Counted from the first letter of the stretch, positions 8,680-17,150 are shown. The stretch is 64,000 nt of DNA from Eubacteriales bacterium (GCA_045655185.1 JAZOOS010000026.1:9505-73504), one strand, 5' to 3'. Translations and numbers: made by a program. Notes: generated by a model not told the origin, from the letters alone.

Positions 8680-10944
8680 ATGAGAAATAAGCTTTCCTTA
8701 AACGAAGGCTGGATCTTTTCGAAGACCGCCCCCCAAGCGATCGGCGCGTCCTTTGAGGGCGAAGCCGTTAATCTGCCCCACAGCTGGAACGCCACCGACG
8801 GGCAGGACGGCGGAAACGACTATTTCCGCGGCACCTGCTATTATTGCCGCGAGCTTACCGAAACGCTTACCGGCAGCCGCCATTTTTTGGAGATCAACGG
8901 CGCCAACTCGTCGAGCGACGTCTACGTCGGAAATGAAAAGCTCTTCCACCATGACGGCGGATATTCGACCTACCGCGTCGATATCACCGAGGCCCTCAAA
9001 AAGAGCAATCTTATCACAATCGCCGTTGACAACGCCCCGAGCGACAGCGTCTATCCCCAGATGGCCGACTTCACCTTCTACGGTGGCCTTTACCGTAACG
9101 TCAACCTCATTTCGGTCGAGGAGGCGCACTTCGATCTCGAATATTACGGCGCGCCAGGCATCCAGGTTACCCCGATTGTTGAAGGCAACGTTGCAAAAGT
9201 GACAACGAAACTTTACACAACCAACGCGTCGGGTGCCACCTTCCGCTATACGGTCACCGATAAAGAGGGCGCGGTTATCGCAAGCCTTGAAAGCGAGAAG
9301 GACGAGGAAACCGTCCTTATCGAGAACCCCGCCCTCTGGCACGGAAGAAAGAACCCCTACCTCTATACCGTAAAGGCCGAGCTGATCGAGAACGGCGAGG
9401 TCGTAGATGAGGTTTCGGCGCGCTTTGGCTGCCGCAGCTTCTCGATTGATCCCGAGCGCGGGTTTATCTTAAACGGCGAAGAATATCCGCTTCGCGGCGT
9501 ATCCCGCCACCAGGACCGCCTTGGCATCGGTAACGCCCTGCTTCCCGAGCATCACCGCGAGGATATCGACCTGATCCTTGAGGTCGGCGCCACCACCATT
9601 CGCTTGGCGCACTACCAGCACGATCAGTATTTCTACGATCTTTGCGACGAAAAGGGGCTTGTGATCTGGGCCGAGATTCCCTATATTTCGAAGCACATGG
9701 CGAATGGGCGCGAGAACACCCGCACCCAGATGATCGAGCTGGTATGCCAGAACTACAACCACCCCTCGATCGTTGTTTGGGGTCTTTCGAACGAGATCAC
9801 CATGAACGGTGACCGCGATCCCGATCTCCTTGACAACCACCGCATGCTCAACGACCTCGTTCATTCGATGGATAAGACCCGTCTTACCACCGTGGCGGCG
9901 GTTTCGATGTGCCCGATGGATAGCCCCTATCTTGATATCCCCGACGTGGTTTCCTATAACCACTACTTCGGTTGGTACGGCGGCGATACCGATATGAACG
10001 GCCCCTGGTTCGATAAGTTCCACGCCATGCACCCGACCCTGCCGATCGGCGTCAGCGAATACGGCTGCGAGGCGCTTAACTGGCATACCTCGGATCCCCG
10101 CCAGGGCGACTACACCGAGGAATATCAGGCCTACTACCACGAGGAGCTGATCAAGCAGCTCTTTACCCGTAAGTATCTGTGGGCGACCCACGTATGGAAT
10201 ATGTTCGACTTCGGCGCCGACGCGCGCAGCGAGGGCGGCGAGAACGGGCAGAACCATAAGGGTCTTGTCACCTTTGACCGCGCGTACAAGAAGGACGCCT
10301 TCTACGCCTACAAGGCCTGGCTTTCCGACGAGCCCTTCGTGCATATCTGCGGAAAGCGCTACGAGGAAAGAGTAGAGGACGTCACGCGCGTGACCGTCTA
10401 TTCGAACCTTCCCGAGGTCGAGCTGTTTGCCAACGGTGTCTCGCTTGGTAAAAAGCAAAGCGCCGAGCATTTCTTCTACTTCGACGTGCCGAACGCGGGA
10501 GAGACCAAGCTTTTGGCCGTCGGGGGCGAATGCCGCGACGAAAGCAGACTGCAAAAGGTCGATGAGTTCCCCGAAAAGTACCGCCTCGTTGAAAAGAACG
10601 CGATCCTTAACTGGTTCGAGGTCGATATGCCAAAGGGGCGCCTCTCGCTCAACGATAAGATGGGTGAGGTGCTGGCGACCCTGCGCGGCAAGCTCCTCTT
10701 CCTCTCGCTTGCCAAAAAGATGATGGGCGGCAAGAAGAAGGGCGAAAAGAAGAAAAAGGGCGAGGGCCCCTCTGCGATGGGCTTTACCCTTTCCAAGGAT
10801 ATGATGCAGATGCTCAACGGCTTCACGGTTCTTCGCCTGCTCGGTATGATGGGAATGCTGAATATCAGCTTCACCAAGGAAGAGCTGTTGGCGATCAACA
10901 AGAAGCTTAATCGCATCAAGAAGAAAAAGAAAAAAGAAGCGTAA
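8680..10944 (+). CDS. glycoside hydrolase family 2 (beta-galactosidase/beta-glucuronidase-like) with Lys-rich C-terminal tail
   Basis: 754 aa. LNEGWIF...NLPHSWNA sugar-binding domain start, TIM barrel with WGLSNEI (acid/base Glu) and VSEYG (nucleophile Glu). The tail ends ...NRIKKKKKKEA. Confidence 0.85.
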   Translation: MRNKLSLNEGWIFSKTAPQAIGASFEGEAVNLPHSWNATDGQDGGNDYFRGTCYYCRELTETLTGSRHFLEINGANSSSDVYVGNEKLFHHDGGYSTYRVDITEALKKSNLITIAVDNAPSDSVYPQMADFTFYGGLYRNVNLISVEEAHFDLEYYGAPGIQVTPIVEGNVAKVTTKLYTTNASGATFRYTVTDKEGAVIASLESEKDEETVLIENPALWHGRKNPYLYTVKAELIENGEVVDEVSARFGCRSFSIDPERGFILNGEEYPLRGVSRHQDRLGIGNALLPEHHREDIDLILEVGATTIRLAHYQHDQYFYDLCDEKGLVIWAEIPYISKHMANGRENTRTQMIELVCQNYNHPSIVVWGLSNEITMNGDRDPDLLDNHRMLNDLVHSMDKTRLTTVAAVSMCPMDSPYLDIPDVVSYNHYFGWYGGDTDMNGPWFDKFHAMHPTLPIGVSEYGCEALNWHTSDPRQGDYTEEYQAYYHEELIKQLFTRKYLWATHVWNMFDFGADARSEGGENGQNHKGLVTFDRAYKKDAFYAYKAWLSDEPFVHICGKRYEERVEDVTRVTVYSNLPEVELFANGVSLGKKQSAEHFFYFDVPNAGETKLLAVGGECRDESRLQKVDEFPEKYRLVEKNAILNWFEVDMPKGRLSLNDKMGEVLATLRGKLLFLSLAKKMMGGKKKGEKKKKGEGPSAMGFTLSKDMMQMLNGFTVLRLLGMMGMLNISFTKEELLAINKKLNRIKKKKKKEA

Positions 10945-10964
10945 GCGTTTCGCTAAATCTCCAG

Positions 10965-10999
10965 AGGGGGCTTGCAAAATTCGGCAAGCTCCCTTTTTT
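10965..10999 (+). terminator. intrinsic terminator
   Basis: AGGGGGCTTGC-AAAATTCG-GCAAGCTCCCT followed by TTTTTT. Confidence 0.65.
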
Positions 11000-11161
11000 A
11001 AAAAGCGGTTGGTAAAACACGGTCGCTTCTGTTTTTGGATTTCCAAATAAACAAATCTATTTGGAAAAGCGAAACGTTTATTTGGAAAAAGTGTTGACTT
11101 ATTCAAAAGAGTATGGTACGATATTTGTATACTTGTGTTTTGAAAAGGGGTTACGGGAAAA

Positions 11162-12196
11162 GTGAAAGTTGTAAATCAAGAAAAGGTGAAGAATTATATC
11201 CTGCGTTTGATAAAAACAAAACGAAAGGATTATGTTAAGGCAACGATCGAAGCTTTTGCTATCAGCAAATCAAGTGTGTATAACTATGTGAAGCAAATGG
11301 AAGAGGACGGGCTGATTGAAAAAAAAGGGGGGGCGTACGTCCTTCAAACAAACGCTTATTACTATTCCTTCAAAAACAACGGAACAAATGGGGAGGATTA
11401 TATTTACAGCCAGTTTATATCGAAGCATATCGCGTTTAAGAAAAACGTGAATTCTATATGGAATTACGCATTTACAGAAATGATGAACAACGCAATTGAG
11501 CATTCGGGGGCAGAGAACATATTTGTCGCTGTTTATCAAAACTGCCTTGATACTCAAATTCTTATTAAGGATGACGGGATCGGTATTTTTAGAAAAATTC
11601 AAGCCTTCATGAAAGAAAGCAAAAACGAAACCGTTTCGCTTCGGGAATGCGTTTCGCTTTTGTTCGCGGGGAAATTTACAACCGCCAAGCAATACCATAC
11701 GGGCGAGGGGATTTTCTTCACGTCTCATATCATGGACGAATTTATTATTTATTCGGACGACAATTTTTTTACCAGAAACAATTTTTCGTCTGCTCAAATA
11801 GAGAACAGTGATCTGCATAGCCTTATGAAAATGGAACAGGGAACGGTTGTAAGTATGACCCTTGGCAACAACACAAAAAAAGCGTTATCCGAGGTGTTTA
11901 ATACCTTTGCACCGGTTGAAGAAGGTTTTATAAAAACCACGATCCCGGTAGCGCATATGTTTGCGGGCGGGAACCCCGTATCTCGCTCTGAAGCAAGGCG
12001 ATTGCTTGGATGCGTAGCGCTCTTTAACGATATTGTTCTGGATTTTTCCGGAGTAGAAGAAATAGGTCAAGGCTTCGCGCACGAGCTTTTTGTTCTCGGA
12101 AAGCAAAAGCATCCGCATATCAATTTAAAAACCGTCAACGCCTGCAAATCGGTTGAGGATATGATAAAGCGAGTTATTAAAACGGCGGCTCTCTAA
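11162..12196 (+). CDS. fused wHTH - GHKL (HATPase_c-like) - STAS-like (DUF4325-type) protein
   Basis: 344 aa, GTG start. N-terminal SKSSVYNYVKQMEEDGLIEKK (winged HTH). N-box EMMNNAIEHSG, G1 DDGIGIF, G2 HTGEGIFF. C-terminal VLDFSGVEEIGQGFAHELFV resembles STAS/DUF4325. The region looks AT-richer than its flanks. Confidence 0.6.
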   Translation: MKVVNQEKVKNYILRLIKTKRKDYVKATIEAFAISKSSVYNYVKQMEEDGLIEKKGGAYVLQTNAYYYSFKNNGTNGEDYIYSQFISKHIAFKKNVNSIWNYAFTEMMNNAIEHSGAENIFVAVYQNCLDTQILIKDDGIGIFRKIQAFMKESKNETVSLRECVSLLFAGKFTTAKQYHTGEGIFFTSHIMDEFIIYSDDNFFTRNNFSSAQIENSDLHSLMKMEQGTVVSMTLGNNTKKALSEVFNTFAPVEEGFIKTTIPVAHMFAGGNPVSRSEARRLLGCVALFNDIVLDFSGVEEIGQGFAHELFVLGKQKHPHINLKTVNACKSVEDMIKRVIKTAAL

Positions 12197-12248
12197 TGAA
12201 GGTATGGCTGTTTTCCTTCAGCATTTTTGCAAAAAAGGCGGCTTTCGA

Positions 12249-12277
12249 TTGACAAATGTGCACCGCCGTGCTATAAT
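12249..12277 (+). promoter_or_regulatory. sigma-A type promoter of asd
   Basis: TTGACA (12249-12254), 17 nt, TATAAT (12272-12277). Confidence 0.6.
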
Positions 12278-12319
12278 GCGATATTGATAATATTTTTTCT
12301 TTATAAAGGAGATTTTACG

Positions 12320-13399
12320 ATGAAATTGAAGGTTGGTATTGTTGGCGCCACCGGTATGGTCGGCCAACGCTTCGTCACCCTGCTTGCCGATCATCCCTAT
12401 TTTGAGATCTCGGCCCTTATCGCCAGCGAAAGAAGCGCGGGGCGTACCTACCGTGAGGCGGTCGGCGCGCGTTGGAAGCTTTCGCAGCCGATGCCCCGGG
12501 CGGTAGAGGATATGGTCGTTATCTCGTCTGAGGACACCAAGGCGATCGCCGATAGCTGCGATTTCGTTTTCTGCGCCGTTAACCTGCCGAAGAGCGAGGT
12601 CGTTCTCTTGGAAGAGCGTCTTGCCAAGGCCGAGCTGCCGGTTGTTTCCAATAACTCCGCCAACCGTTGGACGCCCGACGTCCCCATGATGATCCCCGAG
12701 ATCAACGATAGCCACCTTTCGGTCATCGAATATCAGAAGAAGCGCCTTGGCACCACCCGCGGCTTTATCGCGGTTAAGCCCAATTGCTCGATCCAGAGCT
12801 ACGTGCCGGCCCTTACGCCCCTTCTTGCCTATAAGCCCACCAAGATCGTCGCGACCACCTATCAGGCGATCAGCGGCGCCGGCAAGACCTTTAACGAATG
12901 GCCCGAAATGGTCGGCAACGTCATTCCCTACATCGGCGGCGAAGAGGAAAAGAGCGAGCAGGAGCCGCTTCGCATCTGGGGTAAGGTGGAAGGTGGCGTG
13001 ATCGTAAAAGCCGAGTCGCCCATCATCACCACCCAGTGCATCCGCGTCCCGGTTATCGACGGACATATGGCCGCCGTCTTCGTATCCTTTGAGAAGAAGC
13101 CCGAGAAGGAAGCCATTCTCGAAGCCTGGCGTAGCTTCAAGGGCAAGCCCCAGGAGCTTGGCCTTCCTTCTGCGCCCGAACAGTTCATCACCTATTTTGA
13201 AGAAGACAACCGCCCCCAGACCCTGCTTGACCGCGATCTTTACGGCGGCATGGGCGTTTCGGTCGGCCGTCTGCGTGAAGACCCCCTCTTCGATTATAAG
13301 TTCGTCGGCCTTTCGCACAACACGCTCCGCGGTGCCGCGGGCGGCGCGCTTCTTAACGCTGAATTGCTTTATCGCGAGGGATATATCACAAAAAAGTAA
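12320..13399 (+). CDS. asd: aspartate-semialdehyde dehydrogenase
   Basis: ORF 12227..13399. Real start at MKLKVGIVGATGMVGQRF (GGAG RBS at 12308-12311). Active-site Cys context KPNCSIQ, and C-terminal SHNTLRGAAGGALLNAEL. Confidence 0.9.
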   Translation: MKLKVGIVGATGMVGQRFVTLLADHPYFEISALIASERSAGRTYREAVGARWKLSQPMPRAVEDMVVISSEDTKAIADSCDFVFCAVNLPKSEVVLLEERLAKAELPVVSNNSANRWTPDVPMMIPEINDSHLSVIEYQKKRLGTTRGFIAVKPNCSIQSYVPALTPLLAYKPTKIVATTYQAISGAGKTFNEWPEMVGNVIPYIGGEEEKSEQEPLRIWGKVEGGVIVKAESPIITTQCIRVPVIDGHMAAVFVSFEKKPEKEAILEAWRSFKGKPQELGLPSAPEQFITYFEEDNRPQTLLDRDLYGGMGVSVGRLREDPLFDYKFVGLSHNTLRGAAGGALLNAELLYREGYITKK

Positions 13400-13423
13400 A
13401 CCTTTGTAAAGGAAACCTTACAA

Positions 13424-14191
13424 ATGGAAATTATTGATTTTCACATTCATCCCCCTATCGGGAAAGAGGCGAACATCTGCCATTACAGGGATACCGTTGA
13501 AAACAGCGAGGCGACGATCCTTTCGGATATGCAGCGGGCGGGGATCTCCCGCTTCTGCGGCTCGGTGATCCTGAAGGACAGCGGTCCCGTGTCTCTCCTT
13601 GAAAGAACCAACACCGAAACGCTTGCGCTTGCCGAGCGCTTCGGGGGCGCGTATATCCCCGGCGCGATGATCCATCCTGCCGCCGTTCGTGAATCCTGCG
13701 AGTGGCTGGAGAAGATGCATAAGGCGGGTTGCCGCCTCATTGGCGAGATCGTCCCCTATATCCACCGCTGGGAGGGGGGATACCGAAATCCCGCCCTTCG
13801 GGAGATCTTATCGCTGGCGGGCGAGCTTTCGATGGTCGTTTCCTACCACAGCACGGAAGACGTCGCGGGGGAAATGGCGATGGTAAGCGAGAACCCCGAC
13901 ACCACCTTCGTCGCGGCCCACCCCGGGGAAAAGACACGCTTTCTTGCGCACCTTGACTCGATGAAGCAATATAAGAACCTCTGTCTCGATCTTTCGGGCA
14001 CGGGCCTCTTCCGCTACGGCCTTCTTCGCGAGGGTGTCAAGACCCTTGGGGCCGAGCGCTTCCTCTTCGGTACCGATTACCCCATCTGCAACCCGATGGC
14101 CTACCGCGCCGCGGTGGAATACGAGCCGATCTCGGATGCTGAAAAGGAGCTCATCTTCTCGGGCAACGCCAAGCGCCTTTTAGGGCTGTAA
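13424..14191 (+). CDS. amidohydrolase-2 (PF04909-like) family metal-dependent hydrolase
   Basis: 255 aa. MEIIDFHIHP metal-binding start and ...FLFGTDYP near the C-terminus. Confidence 0.75.
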   Translation: MEIIDFHIHPPIGKEANICHYRDTVENSEATILSDMQRAGISRFCGSVILKDSGPVSLLERTNTETLALAERFGGAYIPGAMIHPAAVRESCEWLEKMHKAGCRLIGEIVPYIHRWEGGYRNPALREILSLAGELSMVVSYHSTEDVAGEMAMVSENPDTTFVAAHPGEKTRFLAHLDSMKQYKNLCLDLSGTGLFRYGLLREGVKTLGAERFLFGTDYPICNPMAYRAAVEYEPISDAEKELIFSGNAKRLLGL

Positions 14192-14253
14192 AAAAATAGA
14201 AAAAAAACCGCCAAGCGGTGCCTGCGATATAGCAGTATAAACCAACTAACAGG

Positions 14254-14291
14254 AAAAGGATAGAGAATTTTTACGTTCTCTATCCTTTTTT
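14254..14291 (+). terminator. intrinsic terminator
   Basis: AAAAGGATAGAGAA-TTTTTACG-TTCTCTATCC-TTTTTTT. Confidence 0.7.
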
Positions 14292-14302
14292 TGACAAGCA
14301 CT

Positions 14303-14512
14303 GCATTTGTGGACACAAATGCTATTTTTAGTTATGAGTTATGAGGCTCGCTTACGCTCACCGTTATGAGTTTGCTCCGCAACCGTTATGATACGATCGC
14401 CAGGTTGCTTCAAGCTGCACCGAAGGTGCATCATAACTTGCCGAAGGCAATCATAACTCTAAACTCGCCACAGGCGATCATAGTTGGCGTCCTGCTCTAC
14501 GGCAGGCGCGCC
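14303..14512. repeat. comb array, word GTTATGAG (left half) / ATCATAAC (right half)
   Basis: GCATTTGT-GGAC-ACAAATGC, then GTTATGAG x3 and GTTATGAT. Then GCACC-GAA-GGTGC+ATCATAAC, TGCC-GAA-GGCA+ATCATAAC, CGCC-ACA-GGCG+ATCATAGT, and a terminal GGCGTCCTGC...GCAGGCGCGCC hairpin. Confidence 0.85.
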
Positions 14513-14564
14513 AAAGGGTGCTTTTTCTTTTTGGCTTTTTAAGGGAAGGGGGTTTCGCCCCGCT

Positions 14565-15170
14565 TTATTCCGCGCGGCTTCGGGAATACACCGTCATACC
14601 GACGCCCACGTCGCGAACGAGAATATCCTTCGGCATTTTCAAGAATCTGGCGGTTACGAAGAAGTCGCCCGCCGCCCCCGACAGATTCATGATCTGTATG
14701 ATGTAAACCACCCAAAACCACGAAAGGGGAACCAGGAAATTCACAACGGCAAGCACCGCGCCCCAAAGAACGACGGGCGCCTGCGCAATAAAGATATACG
14801 CCCCTTTCCCGTAATAATCGTCGCTTCCCGCAAAGGCGTAAAGCCCCGTAAAGCCGTATTTCACCCGCTTGGTACCGCACAGCTTCATAGCGGCGCCGTG
14901 AATAAGCTCGTGCAGGATGATGTATAACACCGACAAAACGATCAGCGCGCCAAAGCGAAGCGCGTAATTCGAAAGCCCCTCTTCCATACTGAAGAGCGTG
15001 GATATCGGGACCGCAATATGCGCGGGAACGGCCAGAAGAACGCCCAAAAGAACGGCAAAAAGGTTAATTCCAACCTTTGCTTTTTTGTCTTTTTGCAGAT
15101 CGACTGAATAGATCTTTGTATACCCTTCGGGCAAGCTTTCGATCGCGCGCATCGTGTAAGCTCCTTTCAT
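14565..15170 (-). CDS. DUF3267-type putative zincin metallopeptidase (membrane)
   Basis: 201 aa, multiple TM segments, HELIHG (HExxH) motif in the expected position. Confidence 0.7.
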   Translation of the reverse strand: MKGAYTMRAIESLPEGYTKIYSVDLQKDKKAKVGINLFAVLLGVLLAVPAHIAVPISTLFSMEEGLSNYALRFGALIVLSVLYIILHELIHGAAMKLCGTKRVKYGFTGLYAFAGSDDYYGKGAYIFIAQAPVVLWGAVLAVVNFLVPLSWFWVVYIIQIMNLSGAAGDFFVTARFLKMPKDILVRDVGVGMTVYSRSRAE

Positions 15171-15194
15171 ATCGGTTAAGGATAGAAAACGTTT

Positions 15195-15722
15195 TTATTT
15201 TTCCTTGTATTCATGCGTATCGGCGGGATAAACCAGCTTGATGCTCTTGCGATTTTGCAAGTGAACGATATAAAATTTATCCCCCGATGAAGCGAGCTGA
15301 TAGGCCGTTTTCGTGGCCTCAAAGGGCTTAAAGCCGTGAAAAACGAAAAAATCGAATTGACCGCGGCGCTGGCCCCGCACCGTTTCGGTTTTGTAGGATA
15401 AGGGCATAAGCTTGATCTCAAATTCCCCCGCCGCAAATTTCTTTCTTCTCCAAAGGAGGAGAAAAGCCGCAAAAAGCGCGGCACAAGCGTGGAAGGCAAA
15501 AAAGGCGATCGACAAAGCCGAAAACAAAAAAACAAGGGATGGGGCCGTGAAAAGATTGGAAACGATAAATAGGCAGAGAAGCGCCCCCATAACGCTAAAC
15601 AGAATGGTGAAAAGGATGGAAAGCAAATGCGCGCGGATCTCTTCCCTGCTAAAGGCAAGAAGATCTTCCCTCACGGTTTTTCGCGTGATTGGGATCTTCG
15701 TTTTCTTTTCCATAAGGATCAC
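15195..15722 (-). CDS. hypothetical 2-TM membrane protein (paralog of 17301..17864)
   Basis: 175 aa: charged N-terminus, two TM helices, RRKK, then a soluble tail ending ...KLVYPADTHEYKEK. Same layout and C-terminal motif as the ORF on the other side of the tRNA operon. Confidence 0.6.
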   Translation of the reverse strand: MILMEKKTKIPITRKTVREDLLAFSREEIRAHLLSILFTILFSVMGALLCLFIVSNLFTAPSLVFLFSALSIAFFAFHACAALFAAFLLLWRRKKFAAGEFEIKLMPLSYKTETVRGQRRGQFDFFVFHGFKPFEATKTAYQLASSGDKFYIVHLQNRKSIKLVYPADTHEYKEK

Positions 15723-15860
15723 CGCCTTTCTGATTGCATTGTATCATATTTTCCGATATTTTTCAACACAAAAACTTCCTTTCGTTTGGGGTACACACCG
15801 CAATACCAAAAGGAAGGGTTGGATAAGATTTTGGGGATTATTTGTTATCAATGAACGCAT

Positions 15861-15974
15861 CCAAATCACGGCAAAGCCGTGGATATCATCAAGGCGAAGC
15901 CTTGTATATCATCAAGACGCGGGAGAATGCACGCCGGTGCGTGATGATATGCCAAGCCTGCGGTTTGGATAAAA
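15861..15974. repeat. comb array, word ATATCATC (left) / GATGATAT (right)
   Basis: CCAAATCACGGCAAAGCCGTG+GATATCATC, AAGGC-GA-GCCTT+GTATATCATC, ...GCAC-GCCG-GTGC+GTGATGATATG, CCAAGCC-TGC-GGTTTGG+ATAAAAAAA. Confidence 0.85.
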
Positions 15975-16007
15975 AAATAAAGCACCCGAAATGGGTGCTT
16001 TATTTTT
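15975..16007. terminator. bidirectional intrinsic terminator
   Basis: AAATAAAGCACCC-GAAA-TGGGTGCTTTATTTTT. Near-identical copy at 16587..16624. Confidence 0.65.
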
Positions 16008-16032
16008 AGAGGTGTGTTGACAGAAAAGATGC

Positions 16033-16329
16033 CTACTTTTTTATTTTTGCAACTATTCTTGCAACAATTGAAAGAACGATATAGATTGTACATACACCTA
16101 CAAAAACCCAACCGATCGGGTTATCTCCACGAGATTCGACAAGCATAACAACGCCAACGACAAGAAGAACAAACAAGCAAATGCCTATCAAAGAAAATAT
16201 AACCACCAAAATCTTTTCTGTACGCGGTGAAAGAGCTTTGTTGGGCATAAAAGCAACAGAGAAGGCAACAAAGCCTTCGGCAAATATATTAAAAACAACT
16301 TCGACCAAAAAATCCACAAGAAAATCCAT
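16033..16329 (-). CDS. hypothetical small membrane protein
   Basis: 98 aa, 3 hydrophobic segments, looks AT-rich, bracketed by two related comb arrays. Confidence 0.5.
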   Translation of the reverse strand: MDFLVDFLVEVVFNIFAEGFVAFSVAFMPNKALSPRTEKILVVIFSLIGICLFVLLVVGVVMLVESRGDNPIGWVFVGVCTIYIVLSIVARIVAKIKK

Positions 16330-16394
16330 TGTTCTACCGCCCTTCTCGGCTTAGTATAGCATAAAAGCGGTGGGGAGTCAATCCGTTTGCGTGT

Positions 16395-16586
16395 CCAAAT
16401 CACGGCAAAGCCGTGGATGGAATCCGCAGCTTGTCTGCGGTATGGAATCGGCCCGTAGGGCCGAATGGAATCAAGCCGACGGGAAATACAGCCTAAAGGC
16501 TGATGCCATGCACGGCTCGCGCCGTGGTTCCATGCAATTCGCTTTGCGAATTGATGCCATGCCAAGCCTCCTTTGTCGGCTTGGAT
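16395..16586. repeat. comb array, word ATGGAAT (left) / TTCCATG-GCCATG (right)
   Basis: CCAAATCACGGCAAAGCCGTG+GATGGAAT, CCGCAG-CTTGT-CTGCGG+TATGGAAT, CGGCCC-GTA-GGGCCG+AATGGAAT, ...CACGGC-TCGC-GCCGTG+GTTCCATG, CAATTCGC-TT-GCGAATTG+ATGCCATG, CCAAGCC...GGCTTGG+ATAAAAAAA. Confidence 0.85.
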
Positions 16587-16624
16587 AAAAAAACAAAGCA
16601 CCCGAAATGGGTGCTTTGTTTTTT
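16587..16624. terminator. bidirectional intrinsic terminator ending the tRNA operon
   Basis: AAAAAAACAAAGCACCC-GAAA-TGGGTGCTTTGTTTTTTT, abutting the 3' end of tRNA-Cys. Confidence 0.7.
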
Positions 16625-16698
16625 TGGAGGCGCCACCCAGAATCGAACTGGGGGTAGAGGTGTTGCAGACCTTTGCCTTACCGCTTGGCCATGGCGCC
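16625..16698 (-). tRNA. tRNA-Cys (GCA)
   Basis: Reverse complement GGCGCCATGGCCAAGCGGTAAGGCAAAGGTCTGCAACACCTCTACCCCCAGTTCGATTCTGGGTGGCGCCTCCA. Cloverleaf folds, anticodon loop CT-GCA-AC, U73 discriminator, encoded CCA. Confidence 0.9.
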
Positions 16699-16734
16699 GA
16701 GGTAAAAACGGACACAGGGTTTCCGTGTCCGTTC

Positions 16735-16810
16735 TGGAGCGGATTACGGGGCTCGAACCCGCCACCTCGACCTTGGCAAGGTCGCGCTCTACCAAATGAG
16801 CTAAATCCGC
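16735..16810 (-). tRNA. tRNA-Gly (GCC)
   Basis: Reverse complement GCGGATTTAGCTCATTTGGTAGAGCGCGACCTTGCCAAGGTCGAGGTGGCGGGTTCGAGCCCCGTAATCCGCTCCA. Anticodon loop TT-GCC-AA. Confidence 0.9.
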
Positions 16811-16831
16811 AAGTGGCAGCATAATGCTGCA

Positions 16832-16907
<76 letters not shown>

Positions 16908-16910
16908 AAA

Positions 16911-16987
16911 TGGCGACCCGGATGGGGCTCGAACCCACGACCTCTGCCGTGACAGGGCAGCGCTCTAACCAACTGAGCTACCAGGCC
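16911..16987 (-). tRNA. tRNA-Asp (GTC)
   Basis: Reverse complement GGCCTGGTAGCTCAGTTGGTTAGAGCGCTGCCCTGTCACGGCAGAGGTCGTGGGTTCGAGCCCCATCCGGGTCGCCA. Anticodon loop CT-GTC-AC. Confidence 0.9.
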
Positions 16988-17015
16988 GTTTCACCAATGG
17001 AGGGGACAAAAAGGT

Positions 17016-17092
17016 TGGTGGGAACAATAGGACTCGAACCTATGACCCCTTGCTTGTAAGGCAAATGCTCTAACCAACTGAGCTATGCTCCC
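17016..17092 (-). tRNA. tRNA-Val (TAC)
   Basis: Reverse complement GGGAGCATAGCTCAGTTGGTTAGAGCATTTGCCTTACAAGCAAGGGGTCATAGGTTCGAGTCCTATTGTTCCCACCA. Anticodon loop CT-TAC-AA. Confidence 0.9.
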
Positions 17093-17121
17093 ATCCCGAC
17101 CGCTTTTTCAACGGCTTTCTA

Positions 17122-17150
17122 ATTATAGCAAAAGACTTTTGGTTTGTCAA
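17122..17150 (-). promoter_or_regulatory. sigma-A type promoter of the tRNA operon
   Basis: The minus strand reads TTGACA (comp. 17145-17150), 17 nt, TATAAT (comp. 17122-17127), about 30 nt upstream of tRNA-Val. Confidence 0.65.
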
